Shown: piece by piece, positions 20,531 to 29,118 of the stretch | How positions within the stretch are numbered: the stretch's first letter is position 1 | Layout of the letters: every line of letters starts with the position of its first letter | Assembly (NCBI GenBank): GCA_030693205.1 | Contig: JAUYBG010000006.1 | Coordinates: forward strand, 4,015 to 68,014 | DNA: 64,000 nt | Reading direction: 5' to 3' | From: a bacterium | Lineage (GTDB): Bacteria; Patescibacteriota; Minisyncoccia; JAHIHE01 | Made by a program: the position numbers and the translations under genes | Notes under the pieces: model-generated | Told to the model about the DNA's origin: nothing | The model's input: the letters and a program-made list of their open reading frames with translations, nothing else | The model's database searches: none

Positions 20531-20615
20531 TTGATTAGATCTTTGGAAAATTTTGGGTCCGGATTTTCAATATGAATTGATTTTAAAGATTTTTTAAATC
20601 TTGTAAGCAATTCTC
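20531..20615. repeat. 85-bp diverged direct repeat, copy B
   Basis: See copy A. Confidence 0.85.
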
Positions 20616-20660
20616 AAAAATATTAAAAAGCGCTTAGTGCCTCATTTCCACTTTATATTA

Positions 20661-23600
20661 TTAAGAAATAATTTTTATAATATCCTTAGTAACTAATTTT
20701 CTATCACGCTTTTCACTAATCCAATCGCTATATTTAACTCTGTAAAATACCCACCCTGCAGCTTCAAGTACACGCTGGCGTTCTTCGTCGCTTTCAATAT
20801 GAATACCGTACGCCTCGTCTATTTCGTCTTTGAAATGAGAAGGGCCATCGCACTCAACCGCAATACGCTTACCCGTATTTGTATTACTCACAACAAAATC
20901 AATCTTGAAACCGCAACTTTCAACTTGATTCTGAATTTTATAGCCGCGTTTTAGATTTGCACGCATAAGATTGAAAAATTCTTCCTCAAAATATGAATCA
21001 AATGGCTTGAGATCGGTTGAATAAAACGCAACTTCTCCATTTTCTTGCACATACTCAAGATATTTCTTGAGCCAGATTTTTTCTGGCATTTCTTGCGTAG
21101 ACAAACTAACGAAACAATGCACCTGTAATCTTGCGCGCGAAAAAGCGACATTAACTCTGCCTTTGTTTATATCGGCGCGTATATCTCCGCCCTCACCAGT
21201 TAGCGGAACATATTTGTTTTTTTGTTCAGGCGTCCTAATAACAAATGAATAAATTACAATATCTTTCTCGTCGCCTTGAATGCCCTCAATAATACTCACC
21301 TTGTAATTGTCGTCTTCTTCCTTAAAACCTTCCTTCTCAAAGAGATTGCGAATATAAGTCGCTTGAGCATTAAAGAAAGATAAAATGCCGATAGATTTAT
21401 CGCGATAGCGTTCGTCATCCCGCAACTCTTTGAATAGGTTTAATATCGCCTTTGCTTCAGCGATATTTACATTATCTGAAAATTCCTCGCTCCAATCTGA
21501 TTTTATTTCATGAACAAGCATTATGCGGTTTGTGTCTTTGTAGGTTAGATAATTACTATTGATTGAAATTAATTCTTTACCTTTAGGTTTATAAAAATAT
21601 TTATTACTAAAGCCAATCAATTCTACCGCAGAACGATAATGGTAATGTAAGGGTTTTTCCATAAAACCACGATTTTTTGCAATATCTAAAACGGACTGAA
21701 CGGCATCGCCTGTCGCTTTGATTTGTTTATCTACTGGTATTTTATATGTATGCGCGAGTTGATCAAAAAACTTATTTGATTTAAACATTATCGTACTATC
21801 GCGCATTTGCTCGCTATCGCCAACAAATAAAACTCTATTTGTGCGATACATAACCGGTAAAGTGTAAGCAACGTTGCATTGCGATGCTTCGTCTAAAATT
21901 ACGTAGTCAAAAATTCCGGCTTCAAGCGGAATAATACGGCTTGCGTCATCAAGTTCCATAATCCAAACGGGAATTAAATCCAAAATTGCATTAAAATTAT
22001 TTACATCTTTTCGGAGATTATCAAACGTCTTAAACGCTTTTTTTGATTTTCCGAAAGCTTTTGCTAACTTGTTAACTATTTGCCTAATTGTTATCCCTTC
22101 TTTCCATTTTTTAAGAATTCCTTCATTGATAATATTCTGGATATAAAGTCCAACGCGCTTAACCCGTTCCTGTTCGGTGTGCTTTAACGCAGAACCTATT
22201 TTATTAATACTGTCTGTTTTTGCCAATTTCTGTAATTCCGATTTAATTTCCTGTGTTCGTAAGATTTTATTTTTAATTTCTTCTAAATTGGCAATTGCGG
22301 TGTTGTCAATTTTTCTATCTAAAATTTCAAACTCATCATCAGAAACTCCGCAAGTACTCAATTTTTGTCGCAATTTTTCCTCGGCATTTTCCAAACATTG
22401 AATATTTTCATAGTAACAACAATGATTATAAAGACAATCGAGCGTTTTTGCTTGTTCATTCCGCGACATACTACTTATCAAAATTTTATCTATGTAATCG
22501 ATAATTTCTCGTGGCAATTTTTTTCGAACATTACCAAGCCGAAAATTGCGACTAACATTGTTAATCTTGCGAAAAAAGTTTGAATGTCGATCGTATCCAG
22601 TTTTCGCAACATCATCTCTTAATTTCCCTATGGCCTCGGCAAAATGTTCGCCATTTAGATTAAGGACAGAAAGAAGATGGTCAAGTTCTTTTTTTTCGTC
22701 GCTTCGCTCATATTTTCTGATAATTTTGCCGATTGTTTCTATCTCTGCTTTTGCATTTTTAATTTCTCGCCATTCGTCAGATGAAAAACTTCTTGCAAAA
22801 CATCCAAAATCAGAAATATCTATATCGTATTCTTTAAGTTGTAATAACTCTTGATGAAGTTGGTATATTTTTCTTTGAATAGTGATAATTTCATTAAGAG
22901 CTTCCCGATTTTTTTCTTTTTCCCCAACAATTTGATCAATTGCCGGAATTGATATGTTTTTTCCACTATATTCTACTAAATGCCTTCTTGCGTTAAATTT
23001 ATAACCAAGTTTTTCAATATGGGAACCGAGTGCACTTAATTGTGGCGCTATTCCATCTGCTTCGTCTTCTTCCCCAATTTGTGCTGAATTTGGATTGGGC
23101 AGATAGCCGAATAAATATTTTACATCAAGCTTTTTGAGTTTATCTTTTACAACTTTGAGAGCTTGCGCTTTTTGACTAACAAAAAGCACGCGATTGCCAG
23201 TAGCGGCAAGATGACAAAGTATATTTGAAATTGTTTCTGACTTACCGGTTCCAGGTGGCCCTTGAATAATCGCCCCTTTATTGCCAAGAATTGAAAGAGT
23301 GGAAAGTTGGTATTTGTCGTAGAGAAATGGAAAATATAAATCTTTTTCATGGGGAGTTTCACCCTCAACGTTTAACTCATCGTTTTGTGTCCAGCTCGTA
23401 AGTGCGGTTTTAGCAAGTTCTTCTTCTGTTAGCTGGGAGAGTTTGGCTAAATCTTCAGCAAGAAAATAATTCGCCTTTGGGCTTAAGGCAATTTTAATTT
23501 CTTCAAGCGAAAAAGATTTTTCATCAAAATTAGCGTTTTTAAGTCGTAATTGGGCTTTTATTTTGTGCCAAATTTCTTTAAAAATTAATAAATCAGTTAT

Positions 23601-24233
23601 GGGCAAAGAAAATTGCCCTTCAATTTCATATTTACCCATTTCTTCCAAAAGCTGAAAATATAAATCCTCGCCAAGTATTGGTTCCAACATTCCTATATTT
23701 ACTTGGACTTCTGGATCAACAAAATAAATAGAGTACTCTTTAGCGCCAGTTTTTTTGTTAAATTCTTGTTCTATTTTTACTGGCAATGAAAAAAGTGGAT
23801 AACGGTCAATTTTAGTTTTAACTGGTTTTTCTTCCACATTTTCCTCTTGTTCTTCTGATGAAATAATATCGCCATTGCTTTCAATGGGAATTTCAATTTC
23901 AAAATACCCAAAACTTAATATGATCTGCTTTGTGTATTGATCATTTTTATATTTGCTATAAATATCGTCTATTTTATTTGCCAGCTCTTTTTCCTTTTCG
24001 TACTCGTCCATTTCATCTTTGGGAACATCCTTTGGATCATATTTGTAAAAAGTTTTTAGATCAATCAATTCTGCGATTTTTTCATCCGTGTCTCCGTTCA
24101 ATAAACCAAGTAATCCAAAAAGTTCTGCTGGTAGAATAACAGAATATTTTTGCTGTGCCAATATCGTATGTGCTCGGGTTAATTTTATATAACCAAGACA
24201 ATACTTAATGAAATTTGAAAGGTTATTGTCCAT
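20661..24233 (-). CDS. SF1 (UPF1/DNA2-like) helicase fused to a C-terminal Vsr-like nuclease; probable anti-phage protein
   Basis: QGPPGTGKS, LDEASQ, VGDSEQ, HYRS, IQGDEKD, VNVAFSRAR; C-terminal DSYFEEE...FKIDFVV...IAVECDG..H...DEERQRVLEAAGW. Confidence 0.85.
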   Translation of the reverse strand: MDNNLSNFIKYCLGYIKLTRAHTILAQQKYSVILPAELFGLLGLLNGDTDEKIAELIDLKTFYKYDPKDVPKDEMDEYEKEKELANKIDDIYSKYKNDQYTKQIILSFGYFEIEIPIESNGDIISSEEQEENVEEKPVKTKIDRYPLFSLPVKIEQEFNKKTGAKEYSIYFVDPEVQVNIGMLEPILGEDLYFQLLEEMGKYEIEGQFSLPITDLLIFKEIWHKIKAQLRLKNANFDEKSFSLEEIKIALSPKANYFLAEDLAKLSQLTEEELAKTALTSWTQNDELNVEGETPHEKDLYFPFLYDKYQLSTLSILGNKGAIIQGPPGTGKSETISNILCHLAATGNRVLFVSQKAQALKVVKDKLKKLDVKYLFGYLPNPNSAQIGEEDEADGIAPQLSALGSHIEKLGYKFNARRHLVEYSGKNISIPAIDQIVGEKEKNREALNEIITIQRKIYQLHQELLQLKEYDIDISDFGCFARSFSSDEWREIKNAKAEIETIGKIIRKYERSDEKKELDHLLSVLNLNGEHFAEAIGKLRDDVAKTGYDRHSNFFRKINNVSRNFRLGNVRKKLPREIIDYIDKILISSMSRNEQAKTLDCLYNHCCYYENIQCLENAEEKLRQKLSTCGVSDDEFEILDRKIDNTAIANLEEIKNKILRTQEIKSELQKLAKTDSINKIGSALKHTEQERVKRVGLYIQNIINEGILKKWKEGITIRQIVNKLAKAFGKSKKAFKTFDNLRKDVNNFNAILDLIPVWIMELDDASRIIPLEAGIFDYVILDEASQCNVAYTLPVMYRTNRVLFVGDSEQMRDSTIMFKSNKFFDQLAHTYKIPVDKQIKATGDAVQSVLDIAKNRGFMEKPLHYHYRSAVELIGFSNKYFYKPKGKELISINSNYLTYKDTNRIMLVHEIKSDWSEEFSDNVNIAEAKAILNLFKELRDDERYRDKSIGILSFFNAQATYIRNLFEKEGFKEEDDNYKVSIIEGIQGDEKDIVIYSFVIRTPEQKNKYVPLTGEGGDIRADINKGRVNVAFSRARLQVHCFVSLSTQEMPEKIWLKKYLEYVQENGEVAFYSTDLKPFDSYFEEEFFNLMRANLKRGYKIQNQVESCGFKIDFVVSNTNTGKRIAVECDGPSHFKDEIDEAYGIHIESDEERQRVLEAAGWVFYRVKYSDWISEKRDRKLVTKDIIKIIS

Positions 24234-24343
24234 AATATTACTTCTTTTTCCTTCTTAAGCTTTATTAATCGCAATCTTACCCCAATTTGGGCTTAAAATT
24301 AATGAAAAAACGGCTGAAGAGCAAAGTTACGGATTTTCTCGTA

Positions 24344-24529
24344 TTTTTCCACCAGCGCTTTAATTTTTTCTTTGGCTTGTTGTTGCGTAATTGTTTTCCT
24401 TAAACTAAACTTCTACATTATCTTACCCCAAAACCTCCATAAAATCAAATAAAAAAATCCGGCGAATTTAATATTTCACCGGCTTGTCTTTTGGCAAATA
24501 ATTCATTTCTTGCCTTTTTTCAAAATCTT
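24344..24529. repeat. ~186-bp direct repeat, copy 1 (copy 2 27897-28083)
   Basis: Two substitutions and one 1-bp indel by eye. Contains the rhuM 3' end, a hairpin, a promoter and the first 15 codons of a type IIG-like gene. Confidence 0.95.
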
Positions 24530-24722
24530 GCCTTTGCACTACTTCGTTCATCTGTAAATATCTTTGGGCTGAAATTCTTTTTGTAGGACTATTTACCTGT
24601 TCAAGCTTTGACCCGAATCTGGTTTTACCAGCCCCGTTTGCACCAATAATTACCATATTTTTTTCAATTATTATAGTTTCTTGTTCGCTACTATTAGATT
24701 TTGGAATTTGAATATTTTTCAT
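24468..24722 (-). pseudogene. Truncated AAA/ABC-type ATPase (N-terminal Walker A fragment)
   Basis: VIIGANGAGKTRFG...RISAQR, then fused at RQDFE to the 186-bp repeat. Confidence 0.8.
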
Positions 24723-24799
24723 ATCTTTTTATTTTCTATAATCTTAATTTCCTCTTCTGTCAACCCATACAGCTCATAAACTTTTTGGTCAATTCTTTT
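24719..24799 (-). pseudogene. C-terminal remnant of a type IIG (Eco57I/TaqI-like) R-M gene
   Basis: Translates KRIDQKVYELYGLTEEEIKIIENKKI*, the characteristic IDxxVYxLYxLTxEEI tail. Its stop overlaps the ATPase ATG (ATGA). Confidence 0.8.
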
Positions 24800-24867
24800 T
24801 AAATTAATATTTTTAATTCGACACTCAATTTTTAAACATAATCTATTTTATACTATCATCCTAAATT

Positions 24868-25626
24868 TTATTTTGACAGTTTAATTAAAATTTTAATAAT
24901 TTCTATAATATCGTGGTTATGCCTCTTAGAACACATGGCAAAAATTTTCATTATGTCAAACAACACATCCGCATTATTTTTGTTTATTATATATTCTAGT
25001 ATATCACTATTTTTCGAAGAATGTCCTATCAAACCGGAATAATTGCTAAATGATTTAATTGGTATGCAAAAATATACCATCGGTTGAACACCCGTTGCAT
25101 ATTGTTGTTTTTGTATAGATACCTCTACTTGCGTATTGTCGGCCGTTTGAATCATAAAAAGAGTTGGCAGTTTTATACTTGTTTCTTCAAAATTCATTCC
25201 ATTAAGAACTATTTTTGAGTTATGTTCAATTGCAATTTTTTTGTCATCTATAAAATCATTATATTTTTTAATTTCCTCCAATAACTTAGTAATTTTTTCA
25301 ATTGATACCAAGCCAACTTGTATTCCATCATAAATAAGTTCGGAAAGTTCATAAAGATATTTTGTTTTGCCGTTAGCGCCGATAAAAGTTAATCGTTTTA
25401 ACCTTGTGTCTTTTTTGCCATTCACAACATCATTTACAACAGCATCGTAGCCGATTTGCCATTCAAGATATACACTCTCGTCAAAATTTCTTGTTCTAGC
25501 GGCAAAAGTATCGCCAAACTGCAAATTATTCTTTCTCGTCTTAAATCTAAATTTTCCAGAATTTGATGCGGGAATTTTTATAATTATTTCCTTATTTTTT
25601 GTAATATAATCCATATATATTTTCAA
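24868..25626 (-). CDS. R.PabI-family (HALFPIPE) restriction DNA glycosylase
   Basis: IKIP...GKFRFK.R, YLEWQIGYD, IQKQQYATGVQPMVYFCIP, C-terminal SxxHxxD. Confidence 0.8.
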   Translation of the reverse strand: MKIYMDYITKNKEIIIKIPASNSGKFRFKTRKNNLQFGDTFAARTRNFDESVYLEWQIGYDAVVNDVVNGKKDTRLKRLTFIGANGKTKYLYELSELIYDGIQVGLVSIEKITKLLEEIKKYNDFIDDKKIAIEHNSKIVLNGMNFEETSIKLPTLFMIQTADNTQVEVSIQKQQYATGVQPMVYFCIPIKSFSNYSGLIGHSSKNSDILEYIINKNNADVLFDIMKIFAMCSKRHNHDIIEIIKILIKLSK

Positions 25627-25970
25627 TAATTAATTGCTTTATTTATTATTTTTTTAAATTCTTTTGTAATGTCCTTAACGGAATTGATTTTTATACTATA
25701 ATTTATTCCCGGATATTGCATATAGCTAGCACTAACAAAACCGGGCATGTTCGGTTTATCTTTTAGCGAAAAACCGACATCAAGCTGAATTCCTGATAGT
25801 GTTTTACCTCTATAATATATAACAAAAACCATTTTGTCTTCTATGAAATAGCTAACATAAATTGGAAAAACCCGATAATCTATACTGGGGCTGCTAAACA
25901 TAATAATTTGATGTAATTTATCAAAGACTAGCCATTTGTCGCCCATTTTTTTTCTTAAATCTTCCAACAT
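25623..25970 (-). CDS. Hypothetical protein (possible DUF5655/DUF1801-like fold), coupled to the PabI-like gene
   Basis: 115-aa ORF with a 4-bp overlap; the YVSYF...KIINKA pattern is only weakly suggestive. Confidence 0.55.
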   Translation of the reverse strand: MLEDLRKKMGDKWLVFDKLHQIIMFSSPSIDYRVFPIYVSYFIEDKMVFVIYYRGKTLSGIQLDVGFSLKDKPNMPGFVSASYMQYPGINYSIKINSVKDITKEFKKIINKAINY

Positions 25971-26112
25971 ATAGTTATTTTATCTTAATCTTGCCTAAAA
26001 ATCTATTAAGCCATTTTCTCAATTGATTTTCTTAATTGATTTTTTGCTTAATATTTGATATTATAAGTATAGAGCAGATTTTCATATTCTGCAATAATAG
26101 GGTAAAAATTTC

Positions 26113-26751
26113 ATGCAAAGTAATATTTTAAATACAATTCAAAACATTGATTGTTTGGAGGGATTTAAAATAATTCCCGACAGCTCAATTGATCTTATTT
26201 TAACAGACCCGCCCTATGGATTAAATAAAACTGGGATAAAAAATGACCACGACCTAAGTTTATTTTATTTGTCTTTGCCAGAAAGCCATAGAGTATTAAA
26301 AAATGATTCTTTTTATATCACTTTTTTTAGCACAAAATTTTTACCGGATATTTTCAAAAATAATCCTTTTCGGTATTTTTGGAATTTCATTTTATACTGT
26401 CCGAACGGAAGTGTAATGTCACCTATTGGTTTTACTAAATATATGTCCTGCGTTGTTTTTAAAAAAGGTAATCCTAAGTTGATCAAAAGAGGTAAAGATA
26501 TTTTTCTAGACACACCGGGCAGAATGATTGAACCAGATGAAGGATTCATAAACCACCCTACGCCAAAACCCAAAACATTCATAAAAGAATTACTAATGCT
26601 TTTTTCAAAAGAAAATGACATTATCCTTGATCCGTTTATTGGAAGCGGAAGTACGGCAGTCGCTTGTAAACAATTGAAAAGAAATTATATAGGTTTTGAA
26701 ATTAGCAATGATTATTGCAACTTAGCAAACGAGAGATTAAAAAAATTTTGA
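26113..26751 (+). CDS. Beta-class N4/N6 DNA methyltransferase (compact)
   Basis: IDLILTDPPY, HPTPKP, ILDPFIGSGST, YIGFEI. Confidence 0.92.
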   Translation: MQSNILNTIQNIDCLEGFKIIPDSSIDLILTDPPYGLNKTGIKNDHDLSLFYLSLPESHRVLKNDSFYITFFSTKFLPDIFKNNPFRYFWNFILYCPNGSVMSPIGFTKYMSCVVFKKGNPKLIKRGKDIFLDTPGRMIEPDEGFINHPTPKPKTFIKELLMLFSKENDIILDPFIGSGSTAVACKQLKRNYIGFEISNDYCNLANERLKKF

Positions 26752-26752
26752 T

Positions 26753-27883
26753 ATGAATAATAAACAAGAAATTTTAGGCCAATATTTTACCAAAATTGAA
26801 ATTGTCAGAAATTTGGTAGATTTAGTTTTATCAAACAAACATTATAAAAATAGCATTAAAATACTTGAACCTTCTTTCGGAACCGGAAATTTTATCAAAG
26901 CACTAAAAGAGAAGAATCTTTCCAATATTGAAGGCTGTGAAATTGACGAAGAGTTAACCAAAAATCCGTCAGATTTTTTTAATATGCCTTTTGAGAAAAA
27001 ATACGACTTAATCATCGGCAATCCGCCTTTTAGTAAATATAATTTAAAAGAAAGCTACTTTAATATAAACAAACATCTTAAATTTAACGCATTAGCTTCT
27101 GTTTATTTAACAAAAAATGAGCTAAGAAAAGATAAAGAAAAAATTGAGAACATTTTTTTGCTCAAAAGCTTAAAACATTTACAAGATAATAATTCATCTA
27201 TTGGTTTTGTCTTACCCATCTCATTTTTTATAAAAAATAGAAATAAATCCATAAAAAATGAATTATTAAAATATTTTTCTACCATTATCATTTATCAAAA
27301 CGATAAGGTTTGGTTCGATAAAAATATTCCCTGTTGTTTTGCTGTTTTTACCAATTCCGACAAACTAAAAAATAAAATTGTTTTAATATATGAAAATGGT
27401 AAAAAAAATAAAGAAGTATTTAGCATAAATAATATCCATGAAGAATTAATTCCCCAAGTTGTTTATCATAAAAACAATGGGTATATAAAAAATGACATAG
27501 GAACGCCTTTGTCGGAATTTTTTGAAACAAAAAAGATAAATATAAAAAAATCATACGAGGAAAATAATATTTCGGCAAAAAATATTCTTGAAAAAAATAT
27601 AATTCCAGAAAATAAACTCACTGAAAATTATAAAATTGCTGTCGTGAGAGTCGGAAATTCCAGTGTCGGAAAGTGTGGTTTGATAAACGAAAAAGAAGAT
27701 ATTTTAAATGATATGTTTTATATCTTTGATGTAAAAAATCAATATATTAAAAATAAACAAATAAAAGAAAATATCTGTCGTCAAATAAATAAAAATATTG
27801 ATTATTTTAGAAATATAACTTGCCGAGTTGGGAGTAAATCAATTAAAAAAGAGGATATTTATAATTTTAAAGTTAGCATTTAA
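26753..27883 (+). CDS. Gamma-class N6-adenine DNA methyltransferase
   Basis: LGQYFT, ILEPSFGTGNF, IIGNPPF, FVLP. Confidence 0.88.
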   Translation: MNNKQEILGQYFTKIEIVRNLVDLVLSNKHYKNSIKILEPSFGTGNFIKALKEKNLSNIEGCEIDEELTKNPSDFFNMPFEKKYDLIIGNPPFSKYNLKESYFNINKHLKFNALASVYLTKNELRKDKEKIENIFLLKSLKHLQDNNSSIGFVLPISFFIKNRNKSIKNELLKYFSTIIIYQNDKVWFDKNIPCCFAVFTNSDKLKNKIVLIYENGKKNKEVFSINNIHEELIPQVVYHKNNGYIKNDIGTPLSEFFETKKINIKKSYEENNISAKNILEKNIIPENKLTENYKIAVVRVGNSSVGKCGLINEKEDILNDMFYIFDVKNQYIKNKQIKENICRQINKNIDYFRNITCRVGSKSIKKEDIYNFKVSI

Positions 27884-27896
27884 AGCAACAATGCCC

Positions 27897-27941
27897 TTTT
27901 TCCACCAGCGCTTTAATTTTTTCTTTGGCTTGTTCTTGCAT
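27897..27941 (-). pseudogene. N-terminal remnant of a type IIG-like R-M gene
   Basis: ATG CAA GAA CAA GCC... = MQEQAKEKIKALVEK behind a promoter. In copy 1 it continues YE but the start is mutated to ACG. Confidence 0.65.
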
Positions 27942-28083
27942 AATTGTTTTCCTTAAACTAAACTTCTACATTATCTTACCCCAAAACCTCCATAAAATCA
28001 AATAAAAAAAATCCGGCGAATTTAATATTTCACCGGCTTGTCTTTTGGCAAATAATTCATTTCTTGCCTTTTTTCAAAATCTT
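27897..28083. repeat. ~186-bp direct repeat, copy 2
   Basis: See copy 1. Confidence 0.95.
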
Positions 28084-29061
28084 TTTCACTTCCCTGTCAA
28101 AATCGGAAATATAATTTTTATCCCGCTCTTGACGATATTTTTCATATTCTTGCAAAGCTTTATCTTCCGCCTGTTTCGCGCTCACTGTGCCAGCCGAATG
28201 CAATAACTTTTTCTCTGAAATAGTCAAAAATTCATCCAATTTTGTAATCCAATCCCGCATTTTCATCAATCGACCAGAAGCGGCCTGCAATTCCGCAAAA
28301 TCAATATAGAGCGAAACGATCAGATTTAATTGATTTATTTCCGATTCGGTCAAATAATTTTTCGCAACGACAATATCGTCAGTGGTAATATAATTTCTTT
28401 TAAAACTTGTAAGCCCCATCAAAGGTTTTTTACTATCGACTCGCTGAGTGATAATTTCTGCTGCCGTATGTCCATGCACGGCAAAATGCATTTTATTTTG
28501 CACGGTAGCGAAAAATTTTTGCGTCAATTCGGCATCAATCTTATAATCGATGCTTGTCGCATAAATATCAGTCACTTTCTGATAAAACATCCGCTCACTA
28601 CTACGAATATCCCGCACGCGCTGCAATAACTCTTGAAAATAACGCGCCCTGCCACCTGCCTGTTTGAGCCGTTCGTCATCTATTGTAAAACCCTTAATTA
28701 AATATTCCCGCAATCTTTCTGTCGCCCATTGGCGAAACTGCGTTCCCTGTTCAGACCGTACACGATAGCCAACCGCCAAAATAACATCAAGATTATAATG
28801 TTTAACATCACGCGCAACTTCTCGCAAAGCTTCTTTCTGAACTATCCGGAAATTCCGGATAGTTGAATTTTCATCCAGTTCTCGTTCTAAATAAATATTT
28901 GCTAAATGTTCATTAACAGTGCGTATATCGACATTAAAAAGTTCCGCAATTAGTTTTTGCGTCAACCAAACATTTTCATCTTCAATTCTAACGCGAATTT
29001 TTTGCTCATCGCCAAAGGTTTGATAAATAACAATTTGCGGTTTTTTAATTTCCTTTTTCAT
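28057..29061 (-). CDS. Virulence RhuM family DNA-binding protein
   Basis: VWLTQKLIAELF, YNLDVILAVGYRVRS..GTQFR.WAT, IRSSERMFYQK, FFATVQNKMH, AKNYL. Confidence 0.92.
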   Translation of the reverse strand: MKKEIKKPQIVIYQTFGDEQKIRVRIEDENVWLTQKLIAELFNVDIRTVNEHLANIYLERELDENSTIRNFRIVQKEALREVARDVKHYNLDVILAVGYRVRSEQGTQFRQWATERLREYLIKGFTIDDERLKQAGGRARYFQELLQRVRDIRSSERMFYQKVTDIYATSIDYKIDAELTQKFFATVQNKMHFAVHGHTAAEIITQRVDSKKPLMGLTSFKRNYITTDDIVVAKNYLTESEINQLNLIVSLYIDFAELQAASGRLMKMRDWITKLDEFLTISEKKLLHSAGTVSAKQAEDKALQEYEKYRQERDKNYISDFDREVKKILKKGKK

Positions 29062-29089
29062 AAAATTTTCTTAAACTAAACTCTATCTA

Positions 29090-29118
29090 ATCTTACCCCA
29101 AAACTCGCTTAAAATCAA
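29090..29118 (-). promoter_or_regulatory. Sigma70-type promoter TTGATT-17-TAAGAT for rhuM
   Basis: Same layout, with GGGG before the -10, at 24274-24302, 24420-24448, 27973-28001 and 50980-51008. Confidence 0.65.

Noticed and set aside
19636-20615. Integron attC sites
   Set aside because: No RYYYAAC...GTTRRRY ends or long palindrome, and no integron integrase in the window.
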